From an uncultured Granulosicoccaceae bacterium (GTDB lineage: Bacteria; Pseudomonadota; Gammaproteobacteria; CALCKW01): a stretch of DNA of 64,000 bases. How positions within the stretch are numbered: position 1 is the first letter of the stretch; the number at the start of each line of letters is the position of its first letter. Of this stretch, positions 31,076 to 41,589 are shown one piece after another. The notes beneath the pieces were generated by a model, which made no database searches, had not been told where the DNA came from, and was given only the letters and a program-made list of their open reading frames with translations. A program made the position numbers and the translations under genes. Location of the stretch: the NCBI GenBank assembly GCA_937965695.1, contig CALCKW010000059.1:351-64350 (forward strand), read 5' to 3'.

Positions 31076-31849
31076 TTAGCCCCAAGGTGGTAGGCGGGAG
31101 CTGACGATGTCCGCGGCGGTCTTGACCAACTCGGACCACTGAACAAGTGTTTCTTGTTCAGCTCTGAAGCTAGGTGCGGCCACGCTGAAAGCAGCAATTG
31201 GCTCTCCTTTGCTATTTAGAATAGGGCTGGCGACACAACACACACCGACGTAGTGTTCTTCTCGGTCAATGGCGTAGCCTTGCTGGCGCACCTGATTAAT
31301 CTCAGTGGCTAATGCCTCGGGAGAGGTAATTGTCGCTTGCGTGGTTGCGGCAAAACGCATGCGGCCTATAAGCTGTGCAGATTCCTCTTGGCACATATTG
31401 GCGAGAAAAGCTTTACCCGTGCTGCTGCAGTACATGGGGATGCGATCGCCAACTCGCACCGACATTCGAACACTCTGCGTACATTCAATGCTGTCAATGT
31501 AAACCATTTCTGTTTCTGCGCGCATCGCGAGCTGGACTGACTCATTTGTATGCTGCGCCAGCCACTCAAGCTGATCAAAGGCGAGCCGGCGTACATCCAT
31601 GTTTTGCCAGCTTCTTCGCGCGAGAGCCATCAATTTAAAGCCGAGACTGTACCGTTGAGTAGATTCGTCAAACAGGATTAGCTCTTCTTCCTGTAGTTGA
31701 CCGAGTAATCGGTTGAGCGTCGCCTTGGGAAAGCCCAGTAGTTTCTCCAACTCAGCAAAGCGCGGGTTGTCTCCGCTCTCGGCGACCGCTTCCAACACGC
31801 GTATGCTGCGATGAAAGTTTCCGTCGGTTGGCTTTATTGGTTTTTTCAT
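31076..31849 (-). CDS. IclR-family transcriptional regulator
   Basis: PKATLNRLL HTH, YCSSTGKAFLA, GYAIDREE...GVCCVASPI. Confidence 0.92.
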   Translation of the reverse strand: MKKPIKPTDGNFHRSIRVLEAVAESGDNPRFAELEKLLGFPKATLNRLLGQLQEEELILFDESTQRYSLGFKLMALARRSWQNMDVRRLAFDQLEWLAQHTNESVQLAMRAETEMVYIDSIECTQSVRMSVRVGDRIPMYCSSTGKAFLANMCQEESAQLIGRMRFAATTQATITSPEALATEINQVRQQGYAIDREEHYVGVCCVASPILNSKGEPIAAFSVAAPSFRAEQETLVQWSELVKTAADIVSSRLPPWG

Positions 31850-31893
31850 ACGCTCTGGCAAAAAAGTGCTTTTTATCTTTCGGTGTTAGGCAT

Positions 31894-31918
31894 TATACTT
31901 AATTCGGAACAATGTTCC
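31894..31918 (+). promoter_or_regulatory. -10 box (TATACT) and IclR-type operator GGAACA-A-TGTTCC
   Basis: Perfect palindrome 31906-31918 just downstream of TATACT 31894-31899 in the divergent iclR/galactosidase intergenic region. Confidence 0.65.
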
Positions 31919-32001
31919 ATTTTTGATTTAAGGATGACATGAGAATTTCAAATCATGCGTGCTGCCGTTTGACTCGGCCACAGCAGAGAGCGCTCTAATA
32001 C

Positions 32002-34140
32002 GTGACTAACCGTCTCAAAATTCTGCGTGATTCGGGTTATGCAGCCGTGTTTAACTGGAGTCAAGAACTTGGTCCAGCGCTGGTCTATTGGGGTGATGAT
32101 AGCGCGGACCTTGAGGTGCTAGACCAGTGGCAAGTGCTACAGGCCGCGACGACTCGTGCGCACATGGATCACCAGCTAGGGGTTTTATTAGCACCAGACT
32201 TATCTCGAGGTTCACTGCAACCTTCGATACTACTGGCGCATTCTCATAGCAAACAATTTGCGCAACAATTTCGCTGTGAACATGCTCGGTCAGAAGGCCG
32301 TGGAATAGTATTTGGCTTATTTGACCGCACTGCGGGTCTGCAGTTGGATTTGGACATACGGCTTGATGGAGCAAACCGCTGCTTAAAGCTGCGCACCCAA
32401 TTGCGCAATATTGGCGATTTAGACTGGACTATTGACCATCTAGGCTGCCCTTGCTTGCCACTGCCGAGCGCCTTTCGCGAGTGCATAACTTTTCCGGGGC
32501 GTTGGGGTGGTGAGTTTCGCCAGCAACGCAGCACACTGGGCGAACATGCACTCTTGATAGAGCATCGTGAAGGTCGCACTGGCCCGCAACATCAACCCTC
32601 CGTTGTCGTGGGCAATGCGGGTTTTGATAATGATCAGGGGCAATTGATTGGTGCACACCTAGGCTGGAGCGGAAATTACCAGTTGCGTGTTGAACGTTTT
32701 GCCAACGGTACAGCCGCATTGCAAGCAGGCGTTTGGTTTTTTCCTGGCGAGCAGCAACTTGCACCTCAGCAGCAGTTAACAACACCTTGGCTTTACGCCG
32801 TACAAAGTGATGCCGGTACGAATGCAATGAGTCAGAGCTTTCACCAGCATCTGAGGCAGCACATTTTACCGAGTTGGACACGTGATTCTCGGCCAATCCA
32901 TGCCAACTCGTGGGAGGCGGTCTACTTTGACCACCGGCAACAAACACTATTCGATTTGATCGATGCGGCGAGTGCCGCAGGGGCTGAGCGTTTTGTCTTG
33001 GACGACGGCTGGTTTACAGGCCGTCGTGATGACACCTCTGCGCTGGGGGATTGGACCGTCTGTGCGGATGTTTACCCCGATGGATTACACCCGATCGTTC
33101 AGCGTGTACATGAGCGGGGCTTGCAATTTGGCCTCTGGGTTGAGCCTGAAATGATCAACCCAAACAGCGATCTCGCACGCGCCCACCCAGAGTGGATCTT
33201 GCAGACGGGCGATCGCGATAACCCCACTGCACGGAATCAGTGGGTTCTGGACATTAGTCGTAATGACGCATACCAATACATCAAACAATGTCTGATAGCA
33301 CTGTTAGATGAGTATCCAATAGTCTATTTGAAATGGGATATGAATCGCCCCTTGGTGCAGCCCGGTGGGTGTACGGGTACCGCTGTCGCTGCTGCACAGG
33401 TTTATGCGATGTACCAACTGATGGATGAGCTGATTGAGCACCAACCTGGTTTGGAGATTGAAAGCTGTTCCTCGGGCGGTGGTCGAATTGACGCTGGCGT
33501 GTTTGAGCGCACCGGTCGCGCTTGGGCATCGGATAACAACGATCCGGTTGAACGGGTGGCGATTCAATCTGGCTTTTCTATGTTCTTCCCGCCCGAACTT
33601 ATGGGTGCCCATGTCGGGCCGCACAGTGCCCACCTAACAGGCCGAGAGACGTCGCTTGATTTCAGATTGTTGCTCGCTTTACAGGGACAGTTTGGCTTAG
33701 AGGTTGATGCGCGGCATTTAAACCATGAAGAATTATTAAAAGTACAACAGGCAGCTACGCTGTATCAGCGCCACAGAAACTGGATCGGCGAAGCGAAGGT
33801 CTGGCGTTGGCAGCGTGAAGGGGTTGATTTTTGCGCCTATGTCAGCGCAGATCAATCGCAGGTTTTATTGTGGGCACTCGCTGGTGGAGCGCTCGCGGGT
33901 TCGATTCCACCGCCGGCGTTGGTGCCTGGTTTAAAAAAATCCGGTCGTTATAGAGCGCAGATTATGTTGCCAACCAATACCAGCACATGGTTGCGTTTCG
34001 CCAATGATTTCCCACCTTGGCTCGCTCAGGATGGTGGTGTTGTCTGTGGTGCGAGCCTTTTGCAGAAAGTGGGCTTGGCGCTTCCAGTGCTTGCAGCGCA
34101 GACCGGCTTGTTAGTGTATCTCTCAAGAGAAAGTGAATGA
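32002..34140 (+). CDS. Alpha-galactosidase, GH36
   Basis: NSWEAVYF, FVLDDGWF, FGLWVEPEM, YLKWDMNR, ESCSSGGGR, WASD. Confidence 0.93.
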   Translation: MTNRLKILRDSGYAAVFNWSQELGPALVYWGDDSADLEVLDQWQVLQAATTRAHMDHQLGVLLAPDLSRGSLQPSILLAHSHSKQFAQQFRCEHARSEGRGIVFGLFDRTAGLQLDLDIRLDGANRCLKLRTQLRNIGDLDWTIDHLGCPCLPLPSAFRECITFPGRWGGEFRQQRSTLGEHALLIEHREGRTGPQHQPSVVVGNAGFDNDQGQLIGAHLGWSGNYQLRVERFANGTAALQAGVWFFPGEQQLAPQQQLTTPWLYAVQSDAGTNAMSQSFHQHLRQHILPSWTRDSRPIHANSWEAVYFDHRQQTLFDLIDAASAAGAERFVLDDGWFTGRRDDTSALGDWTVCADVYPDGLHPIVQRVHERGLQFGLWVEPEMINPNSDLARAHPEWILQTGDRDNPTARNQWVLDISRNDAYQYIKQCLIALLDEYPIVYLKWDMNRPLVQPGGCTGTAVAAAQVYAMYQLMDELIEHQPGLEIESCSSGGGRIDAGVFERTGRAWASDNNDPVERVAIQSGFSMFFPPELMGAHVGPHSAHLTGRETSLDFRLLLALQGQFGLEVDARHLNHEELLKVQQAATLYQRHRNWIGEAKVWRWQREGVDFCAYVSADQSQVLLWALAGGALAGSIPPPALVPGLKKSGRYRAQIMLPTNTSTWLRFANDFPPWLAQDGGVVCGASLLQKVGLALPVLAAQTGLLVYLSRESE

Positions 34141-35300
34141 ATATCCAAGAATTAAACGAGCACTTCCAGCATCACTACGGTGACAGCGCGGAGGCATTGC
34201 GCGCGTTTTATGCGCCTGGCCGTGTCAATTTGCTCGGTGACCATACCGACTACAACGGTGGGTTGGTTTTGCCCAGTGCGATTGATTACGGCACGACATT
34301 GTTAGTGCGTAGACGTAGCGACAAAGTCGTTAAGCTTGCTTCGCGAAACTTTAATTTGGTGGCTTTCTTGTCCGCTGGGGAGTTGCAGCAAAAGTATGCC
34401 GATCACTGGATTAATTACCCGCTCGGTGTGATTGATCAGTTTCGACAGCGCGGGATTGATATCGCAGGTCTAGACCTTCTTTACAGTGGCGATATTCCCA
34501 ACGGGGCGGGCTTGTCATCATCTGCCTCCGTTGAAGTTGTCACGGCTTTTGCCATAAACAGTCTGTTTGAGCTGGGGTTGGATGCTTTAACTTTGGTGCA
34601 AATGGCTCAGGCTGCTGAAAACGATTTTGTTGGTGTCAATTGCGGCATCATGGATCAATACGCCTCGGCAATGGGGCAGGTTGGCCACGTGATGAAACTC
34701 GACTGCGGAAGCCTAGCGTGCGAGCAGGTTCCTGTTGAGCTTGGCGATTTTAGTTTTCTAATCGTCAACTCTAATCAACGTCGGGAGTTAACGGAATCCA
34801 AATACAACGAGCGATTCTCCGAGAGTAGGGCAGCGCTGGATGTATTGCAGCAAAGTGAATCCGTCGAGACACTCGCGCAAGCCACACTGGAACAGTTACA
34901 GACACACCAAGAGGCCTTGGGTGACATGCTTTATCGGCGTGCCAGACATGTGGTTAGCGAGCACAACGCCGTAAAAAAAGCAGCAGAGCTTTTACGCAAT
35001 AACGATTTGGTCCAATTTGGCGCACTGATGGATCAATCGCATGTTTCTATGCGTGATGACTATGAAACGTCTACTTCCGTGTTGGATGCATTGGTGGATA
35101 TTTCGCGCCGACAGATGGGGGTCTTAGGGGCGAGATTAACGGGGGCTGGATTTGGTGGTTGTGTAGTTGTATTGATCGAATCAGCTGAACTGCCAGAGTT
35201 TCAAAAATTTGTTGCACAAGAATACAAAGACAGCACAGGTTTGAGTGCGGATTTTTATCCGGTCAGTTTGGCAGACGGTGCGCGGGAGCTGAGTGCGTGA
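34137..35300 (+). CDS. galK: Galactokinase
   Basis: APGRVNLLGDHTDYN, PNGAGLSSSAS, CGIMDQ, GARLTGAGFGG. Confidence 0.95.
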   Translation: MNIQELNEHFQHHYGDSAEALRAFYAPGRVNLLGDHTDYNGGLVLPSAIDYGTTLLVRRRSDKVVKLASRNFNLVAFLSAGELQQKYADHWINYPLGVIDQFRQRGIDIAGLDLLYSGDIPNGAGLSSSASVEVVTAFAINSLFELGLDALTLVQMAQAAENDFVGVNCGIMDQYASAMGQVGHVMKLDCGSLACEQVPVELGDFSFLIVNSNQRRELTESKYNERFSESRAALDVLQQSESVETLAQATLEQLQTHQEALGDMLYRRARHVVSEHNAVKKAAELLRNNDLVQFGALMDQSHVSMRDDYETSTSVLDALVDISRRQMGVLGARLTGAGFGGCVVVLIESAELPEFQKFVAQEYKDSTGLSADFYPVSLADGARELSA

Positions 35301-36343
35301 GTGACAACCTAGACCAAGGTGTGTGGCAGCGGCGTTGGAACCCCGTCTTCGGTGAATGGGTGATAATGGCGTCCCGCACCGGCAATCGACCGTGGCAGGG
35401 GAAAAAAAGCGCCGCAGCCGATCGAGAAATTCCACCACATGATAAAAACTGCTATTTGTGCCCAGAATCCACCCGCGCCAATGGCCAGCAGAACCCTAAC
35501 TACGGATCGGTGTTTGCTTTCGACAACGACTTTGCCAGCTTTTCGAGCGAGGCGCCTGAGCCAACGTTGCAAAACGATCCTTGCGTGGAGCAAGCAAGTA
35601 ATCAGGGCTCGTGTCGAGTGCATTGCTGGTCGCCGCGGCACGATCTGACGTTAGCCAGACTCGGTGCGGAAAAATTGGGCGATGTGGTTTCTCTTTGGGC
35701 CCGAGAATACACCGAGTTATCGGCTCTAGAGCGCGTGCAATATGTTCTGATGTTTGAAAACAAAGGTGAAGAAGTCGGTGCCTCCAATCCTCACCCGCAT
35801 GGTCAAGCTTATGCAATGGGTTACTTGCCGGGTAAGGTTGCCCGAGTGCAGGCGAGCATGCAGCAGTGGCACACGCAGAACAAGATTTCGGTGTTGCAAT
35901 CGCTTTTGGCTCACCCAGATTGGCAAAGTTTGTTTATTGAAGAAAACGAACATTTCGTCCATTTGACCCCTTGGGCCGCGCGCTTCCCCTACGAAACATG
36001 GATCGTCCCCAAACGGGCATTGCCGCATCTCGCTGATCTGAGCGTTGAAGAGAGTCGAGCCTTGGCAGATATTTTCTCTCATGCGTCGATACGTTACGAC
36101 AATTTATTCCAGCGTGATTGTCCGAACATGACGATGCACTACAACGCGCCATCGGTGCCTGATTTACAGCAAGGCTGGCATTACTTTTGTTGTATGCAGC
36201 CGCCGTTGCGCGATGCCAACACGCTCAAATACCTAGCAGGGTTTGAAACTGGGGCGGGAGATATCGTGAACCCCGTGTCTCCAGCTCAGGCCGCAAGCCA
36301 GTTGCGTGAGCAAACGACCGTGCATTTCTCGGAGCTCAGCTAA
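35297..36343 (+). CDS. galT: Galactose-1-phosphate uridylyltransferase
   Basis: RPWQG, CYLCP, FDNDF, FENKG...GASNPHPHGQ. Confidence 0.93.
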   Translation: MSDNLDQGVWQRRWNPVFGEWVIMASRTGNRPWQGKKSAAADREIPPHDKNCYLCPESTRANGQQNPNYGSVFAFDNDFASFSSEAPEPTLQNDPCVEQASNQGSCRVHCWSPRHDLTLARLGAEKLGDVVSLWAREYTELSALERVQYVLMFENKGEEVGASNPHPHGQAYAMGYLPGKVARVQASMQQWHTQNKISVLQSLLAHPDWQSLFIEENEHFVHLTPWAARFPYETWIVPKRALPHLADLSVEESRALADIFSHASIRYDNLFQRDCPNMTMHYNAPSVPDLQQGWHYFCCMQPPLRDANTLKYLAGFETGAGDIVNPVSPAQAASQLREQTTVHFSELS

Positions 36344-38262
36344 TGCAATTGGGCGTTTGTTATTACCCCGAGCATTGGCCAGAGACCGAGTGGTCGAGCG
36401 ACGCTGCGCGAATGCGTGAAGTGGGTATTAGCAAAGTTCGCCTTGGGGAGTTTGCTTGGAGTCGTTACGAGCCAAACCCTGGAGACTATCACTGGAATTG
36501 GCTGCACCGTGCTATTGATATTTTGCACGCCGAAGGACTAGAAGTCATATTGGGCACACCCACTGCCTGTCCTCCTAAGTGGTTGGTGGATCAGCACCCA
36601 GATATTCTTGCCACTGATGAGCAAGGCATGACACGAGGCTTCGGGTCGCGCCGTCACTATTGCTTTTCTTCGGAAATATACCGGCAGCACAGTAAGCGCA
36701 TTGTCCGTGAGATGGCGCAACAATTTGGTGATCACCCGGCGGTTGTCGCTTGGCAAACGGACAACGAGTATGGTTGTCACAGCACGATTGTCAGCTATAG
36801 CGCTGAAGCACAACGCGCTTTTAGGCTTTGGTGCTCAGAACAATTTGACTCTATAGAAGCGCTCAACAGTGCATGGAATAATATTTTTTGGTCAATGGAG
36901 TATTCGAACTTTGACGCTATCGACGTTCCAAATCTTGCTGTCACAGAGCTCAATCCTGCTCACCGTTTAGCCTTTTGGCGCTTCAGCTCAGCACAAGTCG
37001 CGAGCTTTAATGCAGAGCAGGTTTCAATATTACGGAAGCATTCGCCGGGTCGAGATCTCATGCACAATTACATGGGTAATTTTTGCGAGTTTGACCATTA
37101 CCCTGTAGCTGATACGCTCGACGTCGCAGGGTGGGACAGCTATCCGCTTGGTTTTTTAGATCGCGACAACGAAAACGCGCAGTCAAGAATAGACTGGCTG
37201 CGCACGGGGCATCCTGATTGCGCGCCTTTTCATCACGACCTCTACCGCGGTGTGGGACAGGGTCGTTGGTGGGTTATTGAACAGCAACCTGGGGCTGTGA
37301 ATTGGGCGCCACACAATCCAGCACCACTCGCTGGGATGGTTAAATATTGGGCGATGGAGGCACTAGCGCACGGCGCGGAGCTGTGCAGTTTTTTTCGTTG
37401 GCGACAACACCCAGCGGCACAAGAGCGGCACCACACGGGGTTGTTACTGCCCAATGGTGAGCCAGGTCCTGCCTTCCAAGAAGTAAAAGAAGTTGCTGCT
37501 GAAATTGCGTCGCTGGGCGGGGTTGCCAGCGTTCCCAAAACACCTGCGCCCGTCGCACTGCTGTTTGATTATGTCGGGAATGCCGCTTTAGAAACTCAGC
37601 CACAAGGTGTCAACTATGACCCACAGGGTTGGACGCAAGCGCTGTATCGCGCTTTGCGCCGCTGTGGTGTAGACGTAGATGTATTGCCCATTGGTCGTGC
37701 ATTGGAGGGGTATCAGATGGTTATATTAGCTAATGCAACCGTGGATTCGCCTGAACTGACTCAGCAACTAATAAACTTTGAGGGCACAGTTTTAATCGGC
37801 CCTCGCAGCTTTTCTCAAAATGTTCACTGTTGCACACCTGACACCTTGGCACCTGGTTCGCTGCAATCGCTTATTTCATTGCGCGTTATCGGTGCAGAGT
37901 CATTGCCTGATGCTGTTCCGATGGCGGCAGCAGAATATACGGCATGGCGCTGGCGTGAACGCGTGCAAAGTGCGATTAAACCAGAGGCACTCTTTGAAGA
38001 TGGTTGGGGTTTTCACTACCGACAGGGGAAAGTTCACTATCTCAATGCTCAATTGCAAGATGACAGTTTGCGTAGATTTGTTGCGCATCGTTTAAAAGAG
38101 GCAGAGATTGTTGTCAGACCCTGTAGTCCCGGATTGCGTTATACCCAGCGTGGATCGCTTCAGTATGTGTTTAATGCGGGTCCTGCATCGGTCTCAATAG
38201 AAAGTCCTAGCGGCGAGCAGGATTTGGCGCCGGGCGAATATTGCCATTGGCAAGTTGTTTAG
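36343..38262 (+). CDS. Beta-galactosidase, GH42
   Basis: GVCYYPEHW, GEFAWS, GTPTACPP, DNEYGCH, WDSYP, IEQQPG. Confidence 0.93.
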   Translation: MQLGVCYYPEHWPETEWSSDAARMREVGISKVRLGEFAWSRYEPNPGDYHWNWLHRAIDILHAEGLEVILGTPTACPPKWLVDQHPDILATDEQGMTRGFGSRRHYCFSSEIYRQHSKRIVREMAQQFGDHPAVVAWQTDNEYGCHSTIVSYSAEAQRAFRLWCSEQFDSIEALNSAWNNIFWSMEYSNFDAIDVPNLAVTELNPAHRLAFWRFSSAQVASFNAEQVSILRKHSPGRDLMHNYMGNFCEFDHYPVADTLDVAGWDSYPLGFLDRDNENAQSRIDWLRTGHPDCAPFHHDLYRGVGQGRWWVIEQQPGAVNWAPHNPAPLAGMVKYWAMEALAHGAELCSFFRWRQHPAAQERHHTGLLLPNGEPGPAFQEVKEVAAEIASLGGVASVPKTPAPVALLFDYVGNAALETQPQGVNYDPQGWTQALYRALRRCGVDVDVLPIGRALEGYQMVILANATVDSPELTQQLINFEGTVLIGPRSFSQNVHCCTPDTLAPGSLQSLISLRVIGAESLPDAVPMAAAEYTAWRWRERVQSAIKPEALFEDGWGFHYRQGKVHYLNAQLQDDSLRRFVAHRLKEAEIVVRPCSPGLRYTQRGSLQYVFNAGPASVSIESPSGEQDLAPGEYCHWQVV

Positions 38263-38356
38263 TTGTAAGAAGTATCGTTTTTTATCCGGACAACAGGTGT
38301 TGTCCAAGAACCGACGGGCAGGACTATGCCCGCATAATGACTCACTTAGGAGAGTA

Positions 38357-39607
38357 ATGATGTTGCATAAACTTCGTAACCGTATGCCAATGGCTGCACT
38401 GGCACTAGCTGTCGCCGGTCTGGTCAGCAATGTGGCTGTAGCCGGCGATCTTGTCATCAACTTTGATGATCCAAATGCAGGTCCAAAAGCAGGATTTGAG
38501 GCAGCAGTTGAAGCCTTTAAAGTTGCCAACCCTGATATCAACGTCACTGTTAACATTAATGACCGGGAAGCGCACAAAACGGCTATTCGCAATTTCTTGT
38601 CCGCCGACGCACCAGATATTACATCTTGGTACCCAGGCAACCGCATGGCACCTTTTGTAGAAGCGGGTTTGTTTGAAGACGTGTCTGACCTTTGGGAACA
38701 AGAGGGCTTCAACGATACTCTGGCGGCAATTCGCCCAACCATGACTATCGATGACAAGCAGTGGGGCGTTCCGTACACTTACTACCAGTGGGGCGTTTAC
38801 TACCGCAAAGACATCTTTGACAAACTGGGTCTTGAAGAGCCAAAGAACTGGGAAGAGTTTAACGCTGTTGCTAGCTCACTAAAAGAAGCAGGCGTAACGC
38901 CAATCACGATCGGCACCAAGTACCTTTGGACTGCTGCTGGTGTCTTCGATTACCTTAACTTGCGTATCAACGGCTATGAGGTTCACAACGACCTAACAGC
39001 GGGTAAGGTCAAGTACACTGATGAGCGAATTCGCAATGTATTCGTCGCGTGGAAAGAAATGGTTGATGCTGGTTATTTCGTCGACAACCACGCCACCATG
39101 TCTTGGCAAGATGCGATTGCACCTTTTGCCAATGGTGATGCAGCAATGTACGTGATGGGTAACTTCTCTGTCGACGGCTACAAAGAAGCTGGTTTGACGG
39201 AAGACCAGATCGACTACTTTCAATTCCCTGAAATAACACCTGGTCTACCTCGTGCAGAAGAAGCACCTGCAGATGCTTTTTTCATTCCATCAAAAGCGAA
39301 AAACAAAGAAGATGCGCGTAAGTTCCTCGCCTTTGTTGCTCAGCCTGACGTGCAGACTCAATGGAACATCACCATCGGTCAGTTGCCCGTTAACAAGAAC
39401 AGCCAAGTTGGCGACAGCAAGTTCTTGACCGAAGGTTTTGAAACACTGTCTACAGCTACTGGACTGGCGCAGTTTTACGACCGTGATGCACCGGCACAAA
39501 TGGCTAAAGCCGGCATGGAAGGCTTTCAGGAGTTTATGCTTGACACATCTAAGCTAGACGCCATTTTAGAGCGTTTGGACAAAGTACAGCTTGAAGTATA
39601 CAAGTAG
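38357..39607 (+). CDS. Sugar ABC substrate-binding protein (CUT1)
   Basis: Signal peptide after AGGAG; YYRKDIFDKLG...PKNWEE; MYVMG. Confidence 0.88.
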   Translation: MMLHKLRNRMPMAALALAVAGLVSNVAVAGDLVINFDDPNAGPKAGFEAAVEAFKVANPDINVTVNINDREAHKTAIRNFLSADAPDITSWYPGNRMAPFVEAGLFEDVSDLWEQEGFNDTLAAIRPTMTIDDKQWGVPYTYYQWGVYYRKDIFDKLGLEEPKNWEEFNAVASSLKEAGVTPITIGTKYLWTAAGVFDYLNLRINGYEVHNDLTAGKVKYTDERIRNVFVAWKEMVDAGYFVDNHATMSWQDAIAPFANGDAAMYVMGNFSVDGYKEAGLTEDQIDYFQFPEITPGLPRAEEAPADAFFIPSKAKNKEDARKFLAFVAQPDVQTQWNITIGQLPVNKNSQVGDSKFLTEGFETLSTATGLAQFYDRDAPAQMAKAGMEGFQEFMLDTSKLDAILERLDKVQLEVYK

Positions 39608-39618
39608 GGCTTAGCCCG

Positions 39619-39646
39619 AGATGGGTCGCTCTGACCCATCTTTTTT
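39619..39646 (+). terminator. Intra-operon terminator/stabilising hairpin after the binding-protein gene
   Basis: AGATGGGTC-gctct-GACCCATCT followed by a T-run. Confidence 0.7.
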
Positions 39647-39649
39647 AAC

Positions 39650-40633
39650 GTGGATAAAACGATGAGCCAATTCCAGAACAGTCAAAGTTGGTACAAGAGA
39701 AATCAGTTGCAGATAGCACCTTGGTTGTTCGTGGCACCAGCTCTATTTTTCTTCAGTATTTACGTCATCATTCCCATCTTTCAATCAATATCTATTTCTT
39801 TTTACGAATGGAATGGGCTCTATAACGCAGCGGGTGAATCCACAGCGAAGTGGGTCGGCTTTGATAACTACGTCAAGCTGATGGATGATGATAATTTTTA
39901 CACCTCTCTGAAAAACAATTTGATCTGGTTGCTGCTGTTTATGGCTGCAGTGCCCATCGGCCTCGCATTGGCGCTGTTTCTCAATCAAACAGTGACCGGT
40001 ATGCGTTTTTACAAGTCAATGTTCTTTTTCCCTTTTGTTATTTCCCAAGTAGTCGTTGGTTTGATATTTGGCTGGTTTTACAACCCTGAATTTGGTGTGG
40101 TCGGCTCCATCTGGAAAGCGTTGTATTGCGAGGAAGTCACCAACATCATGGGTAACCTAACCAGTAAATGCAGTGTTCAACCACCCAATATCCTTGGCGA
40201 TGAAAACTGGGCAACCTATGGCATTATTTTCGCGGGCCTTTGGCCACAAGTTGCCTATTGCATGATCTTATACCTGACAGGACTAAATAACGTGTCGCCG
40301 GATCAAATTGAAGCGGCACGCCTAGACGGCGCACGCGGCTTTAAGATGTTGCGTTACGTGATTCTACCGCAGCTAGCACCAGCTACTTTTCTCGCTGTTG
40401 TAGTGACGGTTATTGGTGCGCTGCGTTCCTTTGACATGATTGCTATCATGACTCGCGGCGGTCCTTATGGTTCCAGTAACGTGCTGGCTTACTATATGTA
40501 TGAAACCGCAATCTCTGAGTACGGAGATCGATACGGTTACGGCTCCGCCATTGCGACCGTACTGTTTTTGATCATGTTGGTATACATCTCTTACTTCTTA
40601 TTTAAGATGTATAGAGACGAGCGAGGTCAATAA
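39650..40633 (+). CDS. Sugar ABC permease (MalF type)
   Basis: WVGFDNY, IEAARLDGA, TRGGP; alternative start ATG 39662. Confidence 0.9.
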   Translation: MDKTMSQFQNSQSWYKRNQLQIAPWLFVAPALFFFSIYVIIPIFQSISISFYEWNGLYNAAGESTAKWVGFDNYVKLMDDDNFYTSLKNNLIWLLLFMAAVPIGLALALFLNQTVTGMRFYKSMFFFPFVISQVVVGLIFGWFYNPEFGVVGSIWKALYCEEVTNIMGNLTSKCSVQPPNILGDENWATYGIIFAGLWPQVAYCMILYLTGLNNVSPDQIEAARLDGARGFKMLRYVILPQLAPATFLAVVVTVIGALRSFDMIAIMTRGGPYGSSNVLAYYMYETAISEYGDRYGYGSAIATVLFLIMLVYISYFLFKMYRDERGQ

Positions 40634-40634
40634 C

Positions 40635-41486
40635 ATGTATCCGAGTCCTATAGAGAAAGCCTCACCGTTCAAGCGAATTGCTTACAAAATGGTGTTGCCG
40701 GTAGCGTTGTTTGTTTGGCTGCTGCCTTTGCTGGCGATTTTCATGACATCGATTCGCCCTGCTGCCGATATCAACACGGGCAATATGTTTGGCTGGCCCA
40801 GCGCATTTAATTTGGTGGAGAACTACACCGCGGTATTTACCGAGTCTCAGGCTGCTAGTTATTTTTGGAATTCAATTAAAGTCACCGTGCCAACAGTTGT
40901 CATGGCGCTGGTGCTTTCTTGTTTGGCAGGCTATGGACTAGCCATTTATCGATTTAAGTTTGCGCTGCCGTTGTTTTTCTTGTTCATCGCAGGCAATTTT
41001 GTCCCTTTTCAAATTCTGATGGTGCCTGTTCGTGATCTATCAGTACGCACTGGTCTCTACGACACAGTTACTGGGCTTGTGCTATTCCATGCGGCATTCC
41101 AGACGGGTTTTTGTACCTTGTTTATGCGAAACTTTATTAGAGGCCTACCGCACGAGCTCATCGAAAGCGCGCGCATAGAGGGTGTAGGGGAGTTACGTAT
41201 TTTTTGGTATGTGGTACTTCCATTAGTACGCCCAGCCATCGCAGCGCTTGCTGTTTTGATCTTTACGTTTATCTGGAATGATTTTTTCTGGGCTACTGTA
41301 TTGACTCAAGGGGAGGCATCTAAACCAATTACTGCGGGTATACGCGCGCTAAACGGACAGTTTGTCTCTCAATGGCACCTTGTGTCGGCAGCATCTCTGA
41401 TGGCGGCATTACCACCTGTTCTTATGTTCTTCGCGATGCAAAAGCACTTTATCGCCGGATTGACACTAGGCGCGACCAAGGGCTGA
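40635..41486 (+). CDS. Sugar ABC permease (MalG type)
   Basis: LIESARIEG, WNDFFW, QKHFIAGLTLGATKG. Confidence 0.9.
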   Translation: MYPSPIEKASPFKRIAYKMVLPVALFVWLLPLLAIFMTSIRPAADINTGNMFGWPSAFNLVENYTAVFTESQAASYFWNSIKVTVPTVVMALVLSCLAGYGLAIYRFKFALPLFFLFIAGNFVPFQILMVPVRDLSVRTGLYDTVTGLVLFHAAFQTGFCTLFMRNFIRGLPHELIESARIEGVGELRIFWYVVLPLVRPAIAALAVLIFTFIWNDFFWATVLTQGEASKPITAGIRALNGQFVSQWHLVSAASLMAALPPVLMFFAMQKHFIAGLTLGATKG

Positions 41487-41589
41487 CGCCAAAATAAGCA
41501 AGTCAAATTACATGGCCTGTGTCCTTGAGCAAAATGTTTTTGGATTACAGGCCTAGTGATTTATTATCAGGCGATGTCTGATTCGACTT

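Noticed and set aside
41514-41553. GGCCTGT...ACAGGCC hairpin between convergent genes
   Set aside because: Long imperfect loop and no U-tract; a possible terminator but not well supported
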